DNA of 64,000 nt from Callorhinchus milii (Eukaryota). A model generated the notes under the pieces. The model saw nothing but the letters and a program-made list of their open reading frames with translations. It ran no database searches and was not told the DNA's origin. The stretch covers positions 5,642,001 through 5,706,000 of the forward strand of contig NW_024704763.1 of the NCBI RefSeq assembly GCF_018977255.1, written 5' to 3'. Shown here piece by piece: positions 12,101-27,100 of the stretch (its first letter is position 1; each line of letters opens with the position of its first letter). Made by a program: the position numbers and the translations under genes.

Positions 12101-15100
12101 TTACTTACAAGAACTGTCAACTCTGATAATTTGTCAACTCTGATAAGTAGTCATCTGAGCTATTTACCTTAGGGTTACGAGTTATCAGAGTTTCACTGTA
12201 TTACTATTCACCATATCATAACCCTTCATAATCTTGAAGATCTCTATCAAATCACTCCATAGTCTTAGGCTTAGTGAATGTAATTCCTTATTTTTATATT
12301 CAATTCCCCAGTTCATGAATCTCATAAACCCATTTGCCTTGGCAGATTTGTATCTTGCATCAATGGATAATACTAATCTTTGCATCTGAGTCAGGATCTT
12401 CATGTCATAAGGATATCAAAGTGCATCACGGGATTTTACTGTAAGGTCTAGTGACCATTTTTGGGGATCCGCTGTGGCAGCCAATGAATGCTTGCAGAGA
12501 GGGTTTAGGGGCCTAGGTTAAACACACTACTGACACAGTCAAGTCTGTTTTTATTTTTATCTCTCCTTGACTGGAAACATTGAATAATTCTCTTAAGATA
12601 GGTGTACTATGCTCTCTGTGTGGCCTTCAGTATTTTTCTGAACTAACCCAGCCTCCAATACCTGATGCAACAACAACTAGATTACATTTGTATAGCGCCT
12701 TTCACGTCGGGAGGACGTCCCAAGGCGCTGGACAGTGTACAGCATTTTACTAACCCAGCCTTTGATGTGATGCTCTGACACAGTTTTGAAATGCAATTTT
12801 GTTACATAAAACATTTTCTTGGCTTATTCTACCAATGTGGAGACTGTAATGAAGCAAAAAGGGAAATTAGAAAGGCCAACAGGGCCAACGTGTGTGACGA
12901 AAGGTTAGCAAATAAAATAAAGTAAAATAGAAAAGGGCACATCAAAAGCAAAGAATAACTAAAGAAAGAGTAAGGCCAATTAGAGACAAAAAGTAATAAA
13001 TTCTTGTCATGGAGAATGGCAGAATAGCAGAAACACTAAATTAATATTTTGTCTTGTTTCTCACAGAAGAGTGGTAGTGGGGTGTAAGGTGCAAGAGGAG
13101 GAGGAGGAGTACTGGCTGAGATGGGGCGAGGATTGAGGGGAGTGGGGAGAGGAAAGATGACCGAAAGCGTTTCAAAAAGAGAAAAAGGGATAAGTTGTGC
13201 AACTAGACTAGTCATCTTAACCTCTATAGTGGGTAAGCTTTTTATGGCTATTAACATTGGTATTTTGTACATCATTTCCAGAATCAAACACATTTCGAAT
13301 CTTGAGAGCCAGACCAATCTTGACGTGCTGGATCTCCACGGAAACCAGGTGCAGTGAACACTCCAATGCAGTTTTAGGTCAGCTTCTTTAGTAGTGTGTA
13401 AAAAGCACTGAGGGAATTCTGAATCTTAAACTGGAAAAACATGCATTATGTTACTCTTTTCAGTGTAATGGTTATTTAGAGTTTGTGTGTTTGCTCTTAA
13501 ATCCTGATGTACAGTGAGGTAGTAATTTAAGAGCATACTGTGCTTTTCTCATTTTCCACCCTTCTCCCAGCCAAATGTAAATTGTTGTTGTTGATGATCA
13601 CAAAAGAAAACAAATCTTTATGTAGAAGGTGGTTGAATGTGAAATCTTTATTACAAAAAGATCAGCACAGTGATAGGCTGAATGGTCAGTTTCTGGGTGA
13701 GCAGTTCCACAGCAGACATTACAATATCTAAATTGCGAAACGTTGGGCACGTTTCCTTACTCCACATGCCTCTTTTTACCTAGCAGTAAGTAGGAACCCA
13801 ATTGTTAGTCGATTGGTGGATTGCTTTTCCGGGGTAATAATCTCTTAAAAATAATAATTTGGTCACTCAATCCACGACTGCTTGTGGGACACTGGTGTGC
13901 GCAATTGGCAATTAGCTTTGTGGTATATTCTATGAAGTGCTTTGAGACGTTTTGAAGATGTGATAAGACTCTATATCAAATTAAAGGATTATCGTGTATC
14001 TACATTTCACTTTATGACAAGAGTATCACCTGGCTTCACCTCTCTTGTACAATGCGAGTCAGAGTCTTCCTGGTTTCCCGTGATTCTGGTCCTAAACAGT
14101 TATTTTAGATGAGAGATATTGATATAATTCTCAGATTAATCCCAACTTTTTGAGGCAGAAATTTCCATGCATAGACGGCATGCATATATGAAACTCTATC
14201 TGATTTGGATACTAAGCAGTTTCCACATGTACAGTATCAGACACCTGGCTGACTTAAGAAAAATGACAGATTACATGTCGGGTAGTTTTACAAACGTAGT
14301 TTTACAGCTGCGGAAATGCTGGTAAAATTCTTACTGGCTGAAATGACAGTCCTCATTATAGTCACATCCAGGTAGTGTCGTGTTCATATGTTCTGCTCTC
14401 CTGGTGCTGTAATTAGAGCAGTGAGAGGGGCATTTCAACTTTACTTAAGGAAATATACTTTTATTTGACTTTAGCTGTTTAGCTAAATTCACATTGTTGT
14501 TATAAAAAATAGTTTAAATAGCTCGAAGGAAGTTGTCACAAAACAGCTAGCAATTCGCTTCAAATGATTAAAGTTTTCAATTAGGGGCTGAATGGCTACA
14601 TTCTGTGCTGTGAAGTTCTTATGATTCATTTTACTGGGGAATGGAACAGCATTATAAGCACTCACAGGTATGGCCAGGTGCAGAGTAAAATTTCCCCCTA
14701 CTTTGTCACAAATGATAATCCAGAGTTCGAATCTTGAATTTTGTATATTTTTTGTCATCAATATTGCTGTGTGAAATTATGTTGTGTGAACTTATTCATT
14801 AATACAGGTTTTAAATTTACAGATCTGTAAAATTGAAAACCTTAATCATTTGGCGGAACTTAGAGTACTTAACCTGGCTGGAAACTTAATTGTTCGGGCG
14901 GAAAATGTGACTGGCCTTGATTCATTGACTGAGCTCAATCTAAGACGGAACCAAATTGAATTTGTGGTAAGTCGCAACTTTTATTTTGTCACGTACAGAG
15001 TTTGAGGTAGTGGTTCAAACATATTGATTTTTTTTAGGTTATAGATCTGAAACTTGTTTATGATTGATTTTATATAATGTCCTGTTTATGGTGCCACTGC

Positions 15101-18100
15101 ACATAACTTGTGTTACTGTAAAGAAAGAAAATAAATCACTTTTGTGTTGTCTCTGGGTGGTGAAGTAGCCTCACCCAACTATAACCTTGCAGCCAGACAC
15201 CACTTCTGAATGCTCAGCTATGAATAAGCATGGATTACCTTGCCATTAGCTATCTCCACTTAGATCCAGCTGCTTTCCATTGAAGTCTTCCCCAGTGATT
15301 CCATGGACCACTCTTAGCCGCTAAATGTAACCCGCAGGCAGAGCTTTCAACAACTAAAATGCATTCCAGCTCTGTGTCCAAGAATAACCAGACATCTGTC
15401 ATGTCATTAGTTTAGGTATTTTACTCAGTTGTGCAGTTTCTGCCTGTAAATCAAAACAATAATACCAGCTTTCATTTAAATAGCACTCTTCATGCAAGAT
15501 AGCGTCTCAGAGCGCTGAATAATAGAAGCAAACAATATTACAGCACACGAAAAGGCCATTTGGTCCATTAAACCTATACTGATGTTTTCATCTACAAGCC
15601 ATTTATGTTAATCGCATTCTCTTCCTTGTTCAGGAGACTGATCCCTTCTCTATCTATCTTTAAGTCCCACCTTAAAGTCTTCTTTGATCACACCCATGGT
15701 CACCTTTCCATTCTTCTCTTCCCCCTTTCCCCGGCTTGGTGTCTTGTAAAGCGCTCAGAGAAAATATACGTTAAGGGCGCTATATACACCATGGCTGAGA
15801 GAGGAGCTGGAGGCTACGTCTGAGGGAGAGGGTACCTGGCGACTCTGTGACTGAGCGAGGAGGTGGAAGCTGGACTGGAGGAGCTGTAATCTACCACAAA
15901 GCAAACTGGAAAATACTGTAACTGCAGTGAGCTGCTGAGTGATAGCTTTAACAGCCAATCAATAGCAATGCAATGTGCACATGCTGGGCTTTTCCTGCAG
16001 CTGAGTGCTGAGGAGGCAGGTTGCTCTTCCCCTGAGAGCCTGAGCATGAAGATGAGGTGCAATCCCCATCCTTCTCCTTCATCAGCCTGAGTGCATCATT
16101 CCAATATCCTGGAATGCTTCTGAGCAAGTGGCAAGGTTGCAGTTGAGCAGCCATCTGTGGCAAGGTTATACAGGGCTGACAGAGCTGCAAGGGCTCCACA
16201 AAAGGATGTTGCGGTATTAAATATATTGCTGAGGATTCTTCCCTCCCTTACAGAGCGATGCAGACACTTTGCCTTGTCTCCAGCGCCTCTTTCTCAGCTT
16301 TAACAACATATCCAGGTAAGAGTTGCATCCTGTATTAATCTGCAATCATAATCAGAAAAGCATCGTCTGCCCTTGAAGGCCTGAATGCTCCCATGCATAA
16401 GAATAAAATCTGCGTTATTAACGGTTACAAAATATTTTCATCAACCTTTTTGTCCTTGCTTTCTTTGGGGTGATTTTCTGGCATTGTAGCTACAATCCAG
16501 CTTGTGCGTAACATTGAGGAAAACCCAGCAGTTCCTTGATGTTTCTATTCCGATCCTTACAGACTGAAATGCAGCAAAGCATCCTTTGGGTACTGCACCC
16601 TCATTACTGCAGCTGTCTGAGCTCAGCTTAGAATTAAATACTTTAGTAATTGATCAGTGAAGGGCAATTAAAATGAATGATTGCTTTGCGGTAAGATGAA
16701 TATTAATAATATAAAATGCTACGTATTGGTTTATAAAATTTTGCTGTGTACATATAGTTGAACAAGATGATTTTGTGCCTCTCTAATTTTTTCTCATCTT
16801 TATCTCCCGAATGTATTTAACTCCTTATTTTATTTCTACTGTCCTTCAGGCAATTACTGTTGTGTGGTACCTTGCTGAAGTGACCATTATTTATGTGTGA
16901 GACTTGACAGTGAATGTTGCCAGCTTATATTACTGTGGGGCATCATAGCCAAGGCCAATTCTCTTCTCACATATGCATCTAATGTTGTCGCTGAGGCTAA
17001 TTATGATGCTCCTGCTGATTGCTTGTTTGAGGTTAGCTAACTCATGACAGGCCAAATCTCATACTGAATAATAACAAGTTTCATTTTTTTAAAATATCCT
17101 GCAAGTTTAATTAATGGTATAGTATTAATTGAACATTCCACCTTCATACTGTTTCTGTTTATTAACTGCATGTCATTTTCTATATATATTATGTGACTTG
17201 CATATATCCTGACTTGTGATTGTAATACTTCATAATACTTCCTAAATTAGACCTAATTATTCTATTTCTGATCTTCACATTGCAAATGTATACTGGCCTT
17301 GGTTTGTCAATAACCTTACTCATAATGTGGTTATTACTTGAAATAATTAACCCACTCGTACCAATAGATTTGCTCTACAGTTATAATGATGCTTCTAGTT
17401 TGTGTTAGGCCCAATGACAGAACAGTAGCAAAGTTCATACAAGGGTAAGCCCAATGCAGATTCCCCTTGTCCAGCGCAATGTGCCATGGGATATTCATAA
17501 TAATTAAGAGGGAACAGTTTAGAAACATGACCGTAAAATCTCTATGCTGCATTGTTTTATTTCTTAATAATATAATATGGTATCTATCAATGATGAAAGG
17601 GAGCAAAAGTGGTCCATTCAAGTTCATTGTTGGGTGTCTCGTGTGGAAGTGGCAGGAGGTTACTCAGCATCAGAAAGCTCGGAAGCAAGTCGAACAGTGA
17701 TGCTTCAGCCATGCAATTGTCTGGATTGTAGTCTTTGCACAGCTCTATGTAACTGCAGAGTTAATCATCTGTCAGGGAAGCTGGGAACTCTGACTTGTTC
17801 CTTTCTTCTACCTCAATACAGTTTCCAAAGCTTCTGGTGCTGACAGCTCTTTTGTGAGACATTTGTTCTTGGTTGTTTCTGGCTAATTAAATATGCTCAT
17901 GTTTATAATGAAAACAATAATATAATTATAAAAGAGAATATTGACAAAAACAAAATGTGTTTCACATTTCTGCCCCAATTTTAATGCATGTAATGTATTT
18001 CTTCCTAAAATGGCAGGCAAATAAAACAAGCTATTTATAGTACGCCTGTATAACAAATTATGTCTTAGCCTAAATCCCATTTGACCTTTGGCTGACCACA

Positions 18101-21100
18101 ACTTGTATTCAGGACTTAGACATTCTTTCATTTACTATCCTTTCCACATCACAGAGGACAGCTGTGTGCAGGCGAGTTTGTGCAAATGGGAACAAGTGAG
18201 ACATACACTGACCTGGGGAAATGAAAAATGGTGTTGAAGATGTCTCTAAACAGTTCTCCTGTGAATTGTATATTTGCAGAACATCTAATTGTCTTAATTG
18301 TCTATCTCCGAACAACTATAGCAATCCCTTTGGGGATTAAAGTGCATGTTCTTTCTCAATCGCTCGAATAGAATGAAACCACTGTAGTTTTGACTTGAGA
18401 CTGAATCATTTAAAGTCCCTGGAGAGTGTTGAATGAGGGCATTGCCCTTGTTGAACACCGCAAATGGTTGGTTTAAAAACAAAATGCGTACAGTTTTATA
18501 TTACCCCTGCCCTCAGCAACTTAAATGTTCTTGTAATTAATGGATTGAGAAAAATAGAGTACTGTAGTCTAAAAACTAGTCAGCAATCTTTTTATGGTCC
18601 TTTAAAGAGTTTTATGTTGCAGATATATTTTAAAACAAACCTCAGTGGAAACTATTCAGTCATTAGCTTTGCCTGGTTATATTTATGCTATGCTCAATTT
18701 CACAGCTTTATAATTGTTTCATACATTATTCACATCCTGTTGCACATGTTTAAATGTCAGCTGGACGGGACGTAATTTAGAAATTTTTGTTTTTTTGATG
18801 ATCATGTCAACATATTAAGTGAAGGAAATGGATCCTAAGATGGACTGAACATATATTTAATATTAGATGAGACTGAGATCCCATCTGCCGGTGGGAACGT
18901 TAAAGATCGCATGGCACAATTTGAAAAGAGAAGGGAGTTTTTCCCGAGGTCTTGGCCAACAATCCCCAGATAAAATTAGTTTCATGGCTATTTGTGTGAC
19001 ATTGCTGTGAGCAATTGTGCTGCTGCATTTGCCTACAAATGCATTATCACTTCATTTCACAGTGAATCCTGTGAGGCACTTTGAGACATCCCTCCAACAT
19101 GATAATGTGCCAAATGCAAAGATTATTATTATTATAACAAGAAGTAAAAAACATCTGGATGTTTATGACCTGGTATTTGGGAGGAAGATGCAAGGCATAG
19201 AACTATGGCTGGAAATATAATAATAATAATCCTTGCATTTGATATAGCGCTTTTCACGTCTTCTCGACGTCTCAAAGCGCTTCACAGAATAGACTGTAAA
19301 GTGAATTGACCGTATATTTGTGGGCGAATGCGGCAGCCAATTGCACACAGCAGCGTCCCACAAACAGTCGTGGATTGAAATGACCAATTTATTATTGATT
19401 TTGTTTTTGAAGGGAGTATTATTAGGCGTGTGGAGTAAGGAAATTTGCCCAATGTTTCGCCCTGCCTGGAATTGAACCCATGTGTCTCGCTTGCAAGGCA
19501 AGCGCTCTAATCACTGAGCTACAGGGCTCCACGAGTCAAATACAATTGAGGCAGTCGGTAGTGTGTTTGCATTGCCGAGTGTCAGCAAATTTAGGAGTGT
19601 ATTAGAAAGCTATTAGGTGATAGATTCAATTGAGGAGTAGTGTGGAAGTATTTTAATTTAAAAAAAAATTCTAGTTTGGAAGAGCCTGTACATTACTTTT
19701 TTTTACAATCAGACCAGTGCTGAAAACGAACTCGTTCCCACTTAGTTATAAATAGAATTTTCCTGTAGTATTCAAAAGTGGGTCATTTTGTTATTATTTG
19801 GGCTAAATAATTTATTGAACAGTAATATTCAAAACGTGTTGGGTTAGCAGCCATACAGAAGGCTTGTGTAAAAAATTAAAGTGGTACTATACTAAAGGGT
19901 AAGTGGCAATACGGATATAAAGTTGACTGAAGAATAAATAAGCAGAGGTAAATGTGCATCGATATCTGCTTAGTTAGTGAGTGTTACTGTATCTGCCAAG
20001 AATGTTGGACCCATATTGTTTTGAAACTACATCCCAAACAACTGATAAACTCCTTTTTTTAATCTTTTACTTAATTTTTTTCCCACTCGATTGTGTATAA
20101 TATTTCAGTAATTTATTCTGTAGAATTAAAGAATCACAATTTGAACAAAACCTGAGAGATAATTCCTATTTCATCCTCACAAAAAGATGGTGCACGTTTA
20201 TCCAGGTTTCCTATACTCTGCTCTGGGCTGCCAGTATTGATTGCATGCACGTTTGAGAAGCTAGTATGGTATGGACTGGAGTGAAGCCTTTTTTTGGGTG
20301 ATACTGGAGGAGTTAGATCTAGTTATAAACTGAAGTGGCTACTCAGGGTAATCCATAAAATCAGACTGAACACTAAATTGTGTTTTAGCTGGTCAGATTC
20401 CAGCAGTACCTCAACGCACACTCTGTGGTCCCCAAGCCTTGGCTCTTGCCAACCTGTGCCTAATACTAATATACTACAAGTGATGCGATACATTAATAAT
20501 TTGCTCCAAGCAAATTGACATTAATTACAGTTGCGAATATGTGCCAGAGTAAAGTCTAAAGTAAAACAGTGTTCAGTACCTAGAACGGTACACCAGCTGG
20601 AGAAAATAGCTCACTCAGCACATTGCCAAACATGCTTATGGGGTAGGCAGTGCGTTACCATGCTCACGAGCTTGGGAGACCAGGGAAAGTCTGGAGACTG
20701 GGTTGGTGTTAGCAAAGAGCAGTGATTCAGAGCGTGTGGAGGACGTTTAGGACCAGTGAATGGCATCAACCAACTGTAAGTCCTGAAACAGAGACTGTAG
20801 ATCAAATAGGAAAAGGTCCGTGATGTAGTTAAATTGAAATTTACAGCAGAAGGAGTGAAAAAGAGCAGCAGAGCAGAGAAGCAATGGTAAAGAGTCGCAG
20901 ATGAAAGTGAGATGACATAAACTGAACTGGCAGTTTGCAGAATGTTACAAGTTTAAATGTTGGCTTAGCTTTGTCCCCAGGGATCTGCTTGAGACTCACT
21001 AATCCACGAGTGCCATCAAATTCTAAAGAAAGCGATGACATTGATGCTCTCTAAAAAAGTACCAAAATGCTGGCAGAACAAAATGAGTGAGATAGAGTAG

Positions 21101-24100
21101 TGTGCGCACAAAGACAAGTGCCAACATTTACAATTAAGCCATCGATAATATTCTCACTATTTAAAGACAGCATGGATAATGGAAATGGACATGGTAGTTC
21201 CTTACTCCACACGCCTATGTTTACCTTGCAGTAAGTAGGCACCCGGTTGTTAATCGATTGAAAAAATGTTTTTTTTGAGGGTTAGTCACTCACTCCAAGA
21301 CTGTTTGTGGAACACTGATATACGCAAGTGACTGCTGCGTTTCATGTAGAAAATATGCAGTCAATCCACTTGGCAATATATTCTGTGAAGCGCTTTGAGA
21401 CATCTTAACAATGTGATAAGACGTTAGATCAAATGCAAGGATTATTATTATTATAAGTATCAGAGCTCGATTGGTATCAGGTGTTTGCAGGTGGCTTTAC
21501 CAAAAGATGTTTATGCTCTTTGTGATTATCACAGCTCCCAAGAGTATTGACGTTGCCTTTCTAAAAAGTGTCAGTAATAATTTTATCCTGTTTAACTTAA
21601 TTTTATCCTGTTTTATCCTTTATGACTATCGGCAGCTTAATTAATGTTCTTCAAATATGTTTTTTGTTTCTCTGTTTTTAATCAGCGTTGAAGACATTGT
21701 GTGTTTGGCAGACTCACTGTCTCTTTCAGAGGTTACCCTGGATGGCAATCCCATAGCTCAGGAGCCATGGTACAGACCCACTGTTCTCCGGCACATGTTG
21801 CAGCTCCGATACCTCGACATGAAGAAAATCACAGTGAGTAACTGAACTCTGTGAGCTAAAATAGGCCTTTAAGATATCCGTCAATGGATCGTGCTTTGCT
21901 CCTAATGCAGTCTTATAAAATCCAATTTCTGTGACGCCTCTGTAACCTCTTACATTTCTTAAAAAATTATTTTAATGGAAAGACAGGATTAAGTCAACCT
22001 TCTGTCCTGGTCTCGGTTGTCTGGTTCCTGAGCCAGGCAAGTCTTCAATACTCCAGGGCCTAGCTGATAACAGACTAGCCACCTTGGCTCAACAACAGGA
22101 CTTGGAGAAGCATCCTGCACTAGGAGCAGGAATTCTTCCCATTTGGCTCCTGTTAACTCTGCAAGCCAAAGCCCTAATGGGTAGGATAGTCATACCTGGA
22201 CAAGCAGTGAGAAGCTTGCCGTGCAGTGCTTTCGATGACAAGCTATGTGGTTGTAGCAGGTTAAACCCCAGCCTTAAGCCACCGCTGGCATCCCAAAGCC
22301 TTGGCTACTTGCCAACCTGAGCCTAATATCTCTGGAATTAGGTAAACAGAAAGTATTCTTCCAGTGTGAGTTGCATTCCTTTCAAGATGCAGGGAAATTT
22401 TCATGTGTAGGTGGCATACATATGTGGAACTCTCAGTCTGGTTTGGATTCTCGATGTGAGAATATGGAATGGACTGTATCAGAAGGCCAACTATTTAAGG
22501 TGTTCAAAGGGAGTTTGGTAGTTGGTATAACATATTGATATAACATACAGAATGGAAAAGGGAAAGGAAGTGGAATTATAGTTGCTATAAATTTAGTAGA
22601 CAATTGGCTGACTGAATTACTTCCTCGTATTCTTGTGTTCTAGGATTATTTGTGATATGTGCGGTACTTATTATTGCATTTTACATTAAGCTGAATATGT
22701 ACCTTCAGAATCTCCAACATCTGCAAATTAGCATTTAATGACTTGTATACATGAATCTCCAGATATCTTTTTCATCTGCTTCCCCATTTAGAAAGTTCCA
22801 GTGTGCTTCATAAATAAATGCATGGGTAACAACAAGCATTTTGCTATTGAAGCTCATGTCTTTCTGTCTTAGCTATAAGGCCATGTGACCTCCAGGGCAG
22901 GTCACTGACTGCACTTAGACATGGCTTTGTGACCTGCAGGTCTAGTCACCAATGGACCTTTCAGTCATGGCATCAAGATAGTCTCAGGTGAATGGCAAAA
23001 CACGTAGTGAAGGTTACTGGAAAGATTCAGCAGTCTTTCAATAATCAGTTCAACAGATCATCAAATACTACTAATCTCAATCTTAAAAGTCAATCAGGTT
23101 CCAATATATATCTCTCTTTTGGAATGTGAACATATCAAAATCTGTATGGAAAATTCAATCAATTGTTTGTATCTTTTGGAAGCAGGACATCAGGTAGGGC
23201 TGAAACCACACTTTCCCAGTATGATTAGTGGAATATAATGAGTATATAATATATATGTAATATAGAAGACAAGTTAAAGATCATACAAAGACCCCTGAAG
23301 TGACAACATGAACTCATTTTAAGCAAGCAGGTTTCCTCTGATGCATTCACTGTTACCAGATGTTGTTCCTTGCAGTACGTAAGTGTGCAGCTTGAGATTG
23401 ATATTCTGGGCTGCTTTCCAGTTCCTAATAGACAAGTTCACTCTTCTAATCTGGTACAAAATGTACAGTACAGCCTTGCTGCTGCCAATTATCTATTCCC
23501 ATATGTTTGGACGCACCCATTGCATAGAATTACATAGAATGACATGGTACAGAAACAAGCCATTTGGTCAACCAGTATTGGTGTTTATCCTCCACATGAG
23601 CCCCACACCTCCTATTCCCTTCTCTTGTACAATTCCCTTTTCTCTCATGTATGCATCATTTCCTCATCAATACATTGATGCTTTATAAAACAGGTAAGGG
23701 AGTGATTTGTTTGATCTGCGCTGGAGAAGATGATAAGATGATATTGCACCTTCCAGCATGTTGCAGGTCACTGACCACACTTTTAGATATGGCATCAGGA
23801 CAGTCTCAGGTGAGAGGCAAAGCCCATGGTACATGTCACCAGAAAGATCCTGTGTAATTTGTGAATAATCAAGACATCAGAACCCCCTTCTATATTGTTG
23901 AAGTCAGTATGCAGACCAGTGCTGCCCTCAGTGAATGTGAAGCTACAGCACAGAAATCTGCTACCTCTGGCACTTTTATTTGCTGCAGGACCTGCAAGCT
24001 ACTAAGAACAAAATAAAGTATTTGGCATGCTCTATCTTTGTTTTGTTTTTGAAAATGAGTTCAAGAAACTTAGATGTGAAATTTTTAAAGTTTTTTTTAA

Positions 24101-27100
24101 ACTGTGCTAGGTGTCTATGTCAGAAATTCTGATCATTGTTCATTTATAATACTGTAATATTGTATTTGAGCTTAAAACTTTCTGGACCAGTCATTGTAAA
24201 CTCCTTTAGCCTCTGCCCTGCCTGGGTTGTCTGATCCAATTCCTTAACCATTCCAGCTCTAATTTTAAGATGTTCCCTTGTTCTAGATCTTTCTACCAGA
24301 GGGAAGAGTTGTCCACTATATAACTTGAATTCTATTCATTATTTTAATCGGCTCAATCAGATGACCCATTAACCTCCTCAGTTCTCAGGCATATAACCCA
24401 ATCTTTGCAGATTTTCATTATATCTGAACCCCTTTACCGCAGATATGAATGAGTCCTGTGAATTGTTGCTGGATGCCCATCTTCCTTAGATTGGTTGTCT
24501 GAAATAAATACAGCATTCCAAATGGGGTCTGCTTAGCAATCTGTATAACAGGAGACGTATTTATTTGCTTTTAGATTCCAGACCTCTGATGTAAACCCCA
24601 GCATCCCAGTAGCTTTAGAGTTTGTTTTCTCCACCTGCGAACTAGATTTGAATGCTTTATGGAATTGGTTCCCTCGATCCCTCTGCTTGTCTTCTCCTAA
24701 TGTTTCTCCATTGAAAACATAAGCGCATATGTTATTCTTACATCTGAAGTGCACTTCCTCACACTCTGCACTCTTTAATGTCCACTATCTTAACCAGTCT
24801 CTGTTCCTTTGCAATCTTCTACTGTCTTTACAAGTTGAAATGCCTCCCAGCTTTGTGTCATCAGCAAGCTCAGAAATATTCCCCTCTATTCCTATACCCA
24901 TTTCATTTATATATAGGGTGAAAGACTGGGGCCCCAAGCTCTGATCCCTGGGGAAACCACTTAACACTGCCTGCCAATCAGAGAACATCCTTTTTATGCC
25001 GGGCCTGAGCTCTTGTAACCAATTACTTATTCATTTCACGATGTTGCCTTCAATTTTAGCTCATAAAACTAGTAACTACAGTAGTGTCCCCTTATAGCAT
25101 TTACTTTATTGCGGATCAATAGTGCTTTGTAAAGCACATTTGAGATTTTTTTTCATAAAGGGAACTTTATAAATGCAAGTAGTTATTAAAATAACCTTGT
25201 TAGTTTGTTGGTATGATTGGAAACAGTGAAGATAAGGCAGCCCATTGATAGCTTCATTGTGTCGCCTTAATGCAAATGGAATTTGGCTCTTTGCAAAGCT
25301 GTTTGTTAATTAGAATGAAGGGGTCATTCTATAGATATTTGTGCGAAAGATCTCACTGAATCTGGCCTGTGTACGACAGCATGAGATTAATGCTGGAGGG
25401 TGACCTTGAACAGATGTATCCTCTTCCTGATTGACTGGCCAAAACAGGATTTACAGAAACCTCTGCATTTAGCTTGAATTGGGCTGGAATTGGTTACTCT
25501 CCAGTTACACATTTCTCATGTTATTGTGGCATTTGAGTGATGCAGATGTGCAACATAGTGAAACATGGCCAACTGATGATCTGTGCAAAGCAATAATGAA
25601 TGCACGGTTTAGATGCTAACTTTTAGTCCCATCAATGTTTTGTTTGAACTCTTTCCCTTCAGTGGATAAGTTTCACTTGTTTTTGACTTGGAGTTTGGAA
25701 TCAGAACATTGTGCCTTATAAATCTTGAATCGCTTCGCATGGGCTATCAGCTCATAGTGATCTGCTCTAAACCATCTTAGCAGCCAGTGGGCCCACTTTA
25801 TATAGTTAACAGTATTATCAGCTCTAACTCTCAGCCTTTTCCACTCTGACACAATTTCTTGCTTTGTGCAAAATATTGCTGTGATAATTTCACAAAGCCT
25901 GTTCTAGCTTGAGATCCAGTGGAATCATGGTGGTGCCATCACTGAGTTTGCATCAATTCCCTCTAATGCCAGGAAGAGGTCTTTCCCCAAGGCCTTAAAG
26001 GTCCTGGCAATCCCGAATGCTTGCAGGGAGCTACTTTTAGACTTGTCTGGAGATATAGTGGATGTCAGCCAACAATCCTTATTTGCATCTACAAATTTGC
26101 ATTTAATTTAATTTGCATCTAAGGAGAGGATAGTCCTCCTCGGGAGATAAAAAGACAGGCAGAGAGATAACAGCAGTTTTATATAGGTTTCCAAGACGTG
26201 GAATTGTGGAGTGCCCACATGATACTTACATTGGGGACTTTTGAAAGTGAACAGATGGCAAAAGTTTTATAACAGAAGTATCTATAATGTTGAACAACTC
26301 AAATCATGGAGTTATTCTATTGGAAACCCCTTTCTCTCTACAGATTTGAGGGTATGAAATCAACATGGGTATTTAATAAAAGTGTATTAATCTATTCTAA
26401 GTAAGCTATTCCTGAAATTTGTGTGTCTGTAGGTCATTGGTCTAAAAAAAACTACAAGTATGGATTTTGATTAAGATAGGCCATTCTTTCTCAGTTTTAT
26501 TCTAATCAAAGCCTTGAAGTTTCAGAAACACAGTATTCAGAACTTAGTCTGTAAAGCAGCTAGATAAATATTCTTGAAAATGCCTTGGTTGCAAAGTAAT
26601 TTTTGTGCAATATACGCAGGGTTTGTTCATACATGCCATTGGCAGGTTTTGACAAATTAAACTCATTGGATTTTGTCAGTAAAAAGACTCATTTTGATGA
26701 GTAAAATTATGAAAATGCTTTTTTTAAAAAGTTGAAGTTCTGTTTAATTTTTTTAAAAAGAAAGCCTATTTGTCCTCATTTAAATAGAGGGCTTGTGGCT
26801 GTGTTTCTAATCATATTTTACTCTTAAAACAGAATTAATATTCTGCTGCTGTATAACACTAGTCTACTAGTGAACACTAATTTTGAATATAGCTCGTCCT
26901 TCCATCCAAACTTTTTAATGTTCCCTTTCCTTTTGCAAATGGGCCCATTCAGAACTGCGACAGGTTCTCTGCAGCACAAAACGATCAACTTAAAAATATT
27001 AGGTATTGGTGTTAAATCGTATCTATTTAAGATGACAGACCACAGACATGTGCAACATTAGCATGCCTCGACCAAACTGAGAATTGTGTAGACTTGTAGA

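Noticed and set aside
12115-12146. Short tandem duplication tgtcaactctgataa x2 (similar cases near 21580 and 57373)
   Set aside because: Ordinary replication-slippage duplications with no sign of function
15780-16200. GC-richer segment with CCAAT upstream of exon 8 as nested gene or promoter
   Set aside because: Only short unrelated ORFs, no convincing splice or promoter architecture
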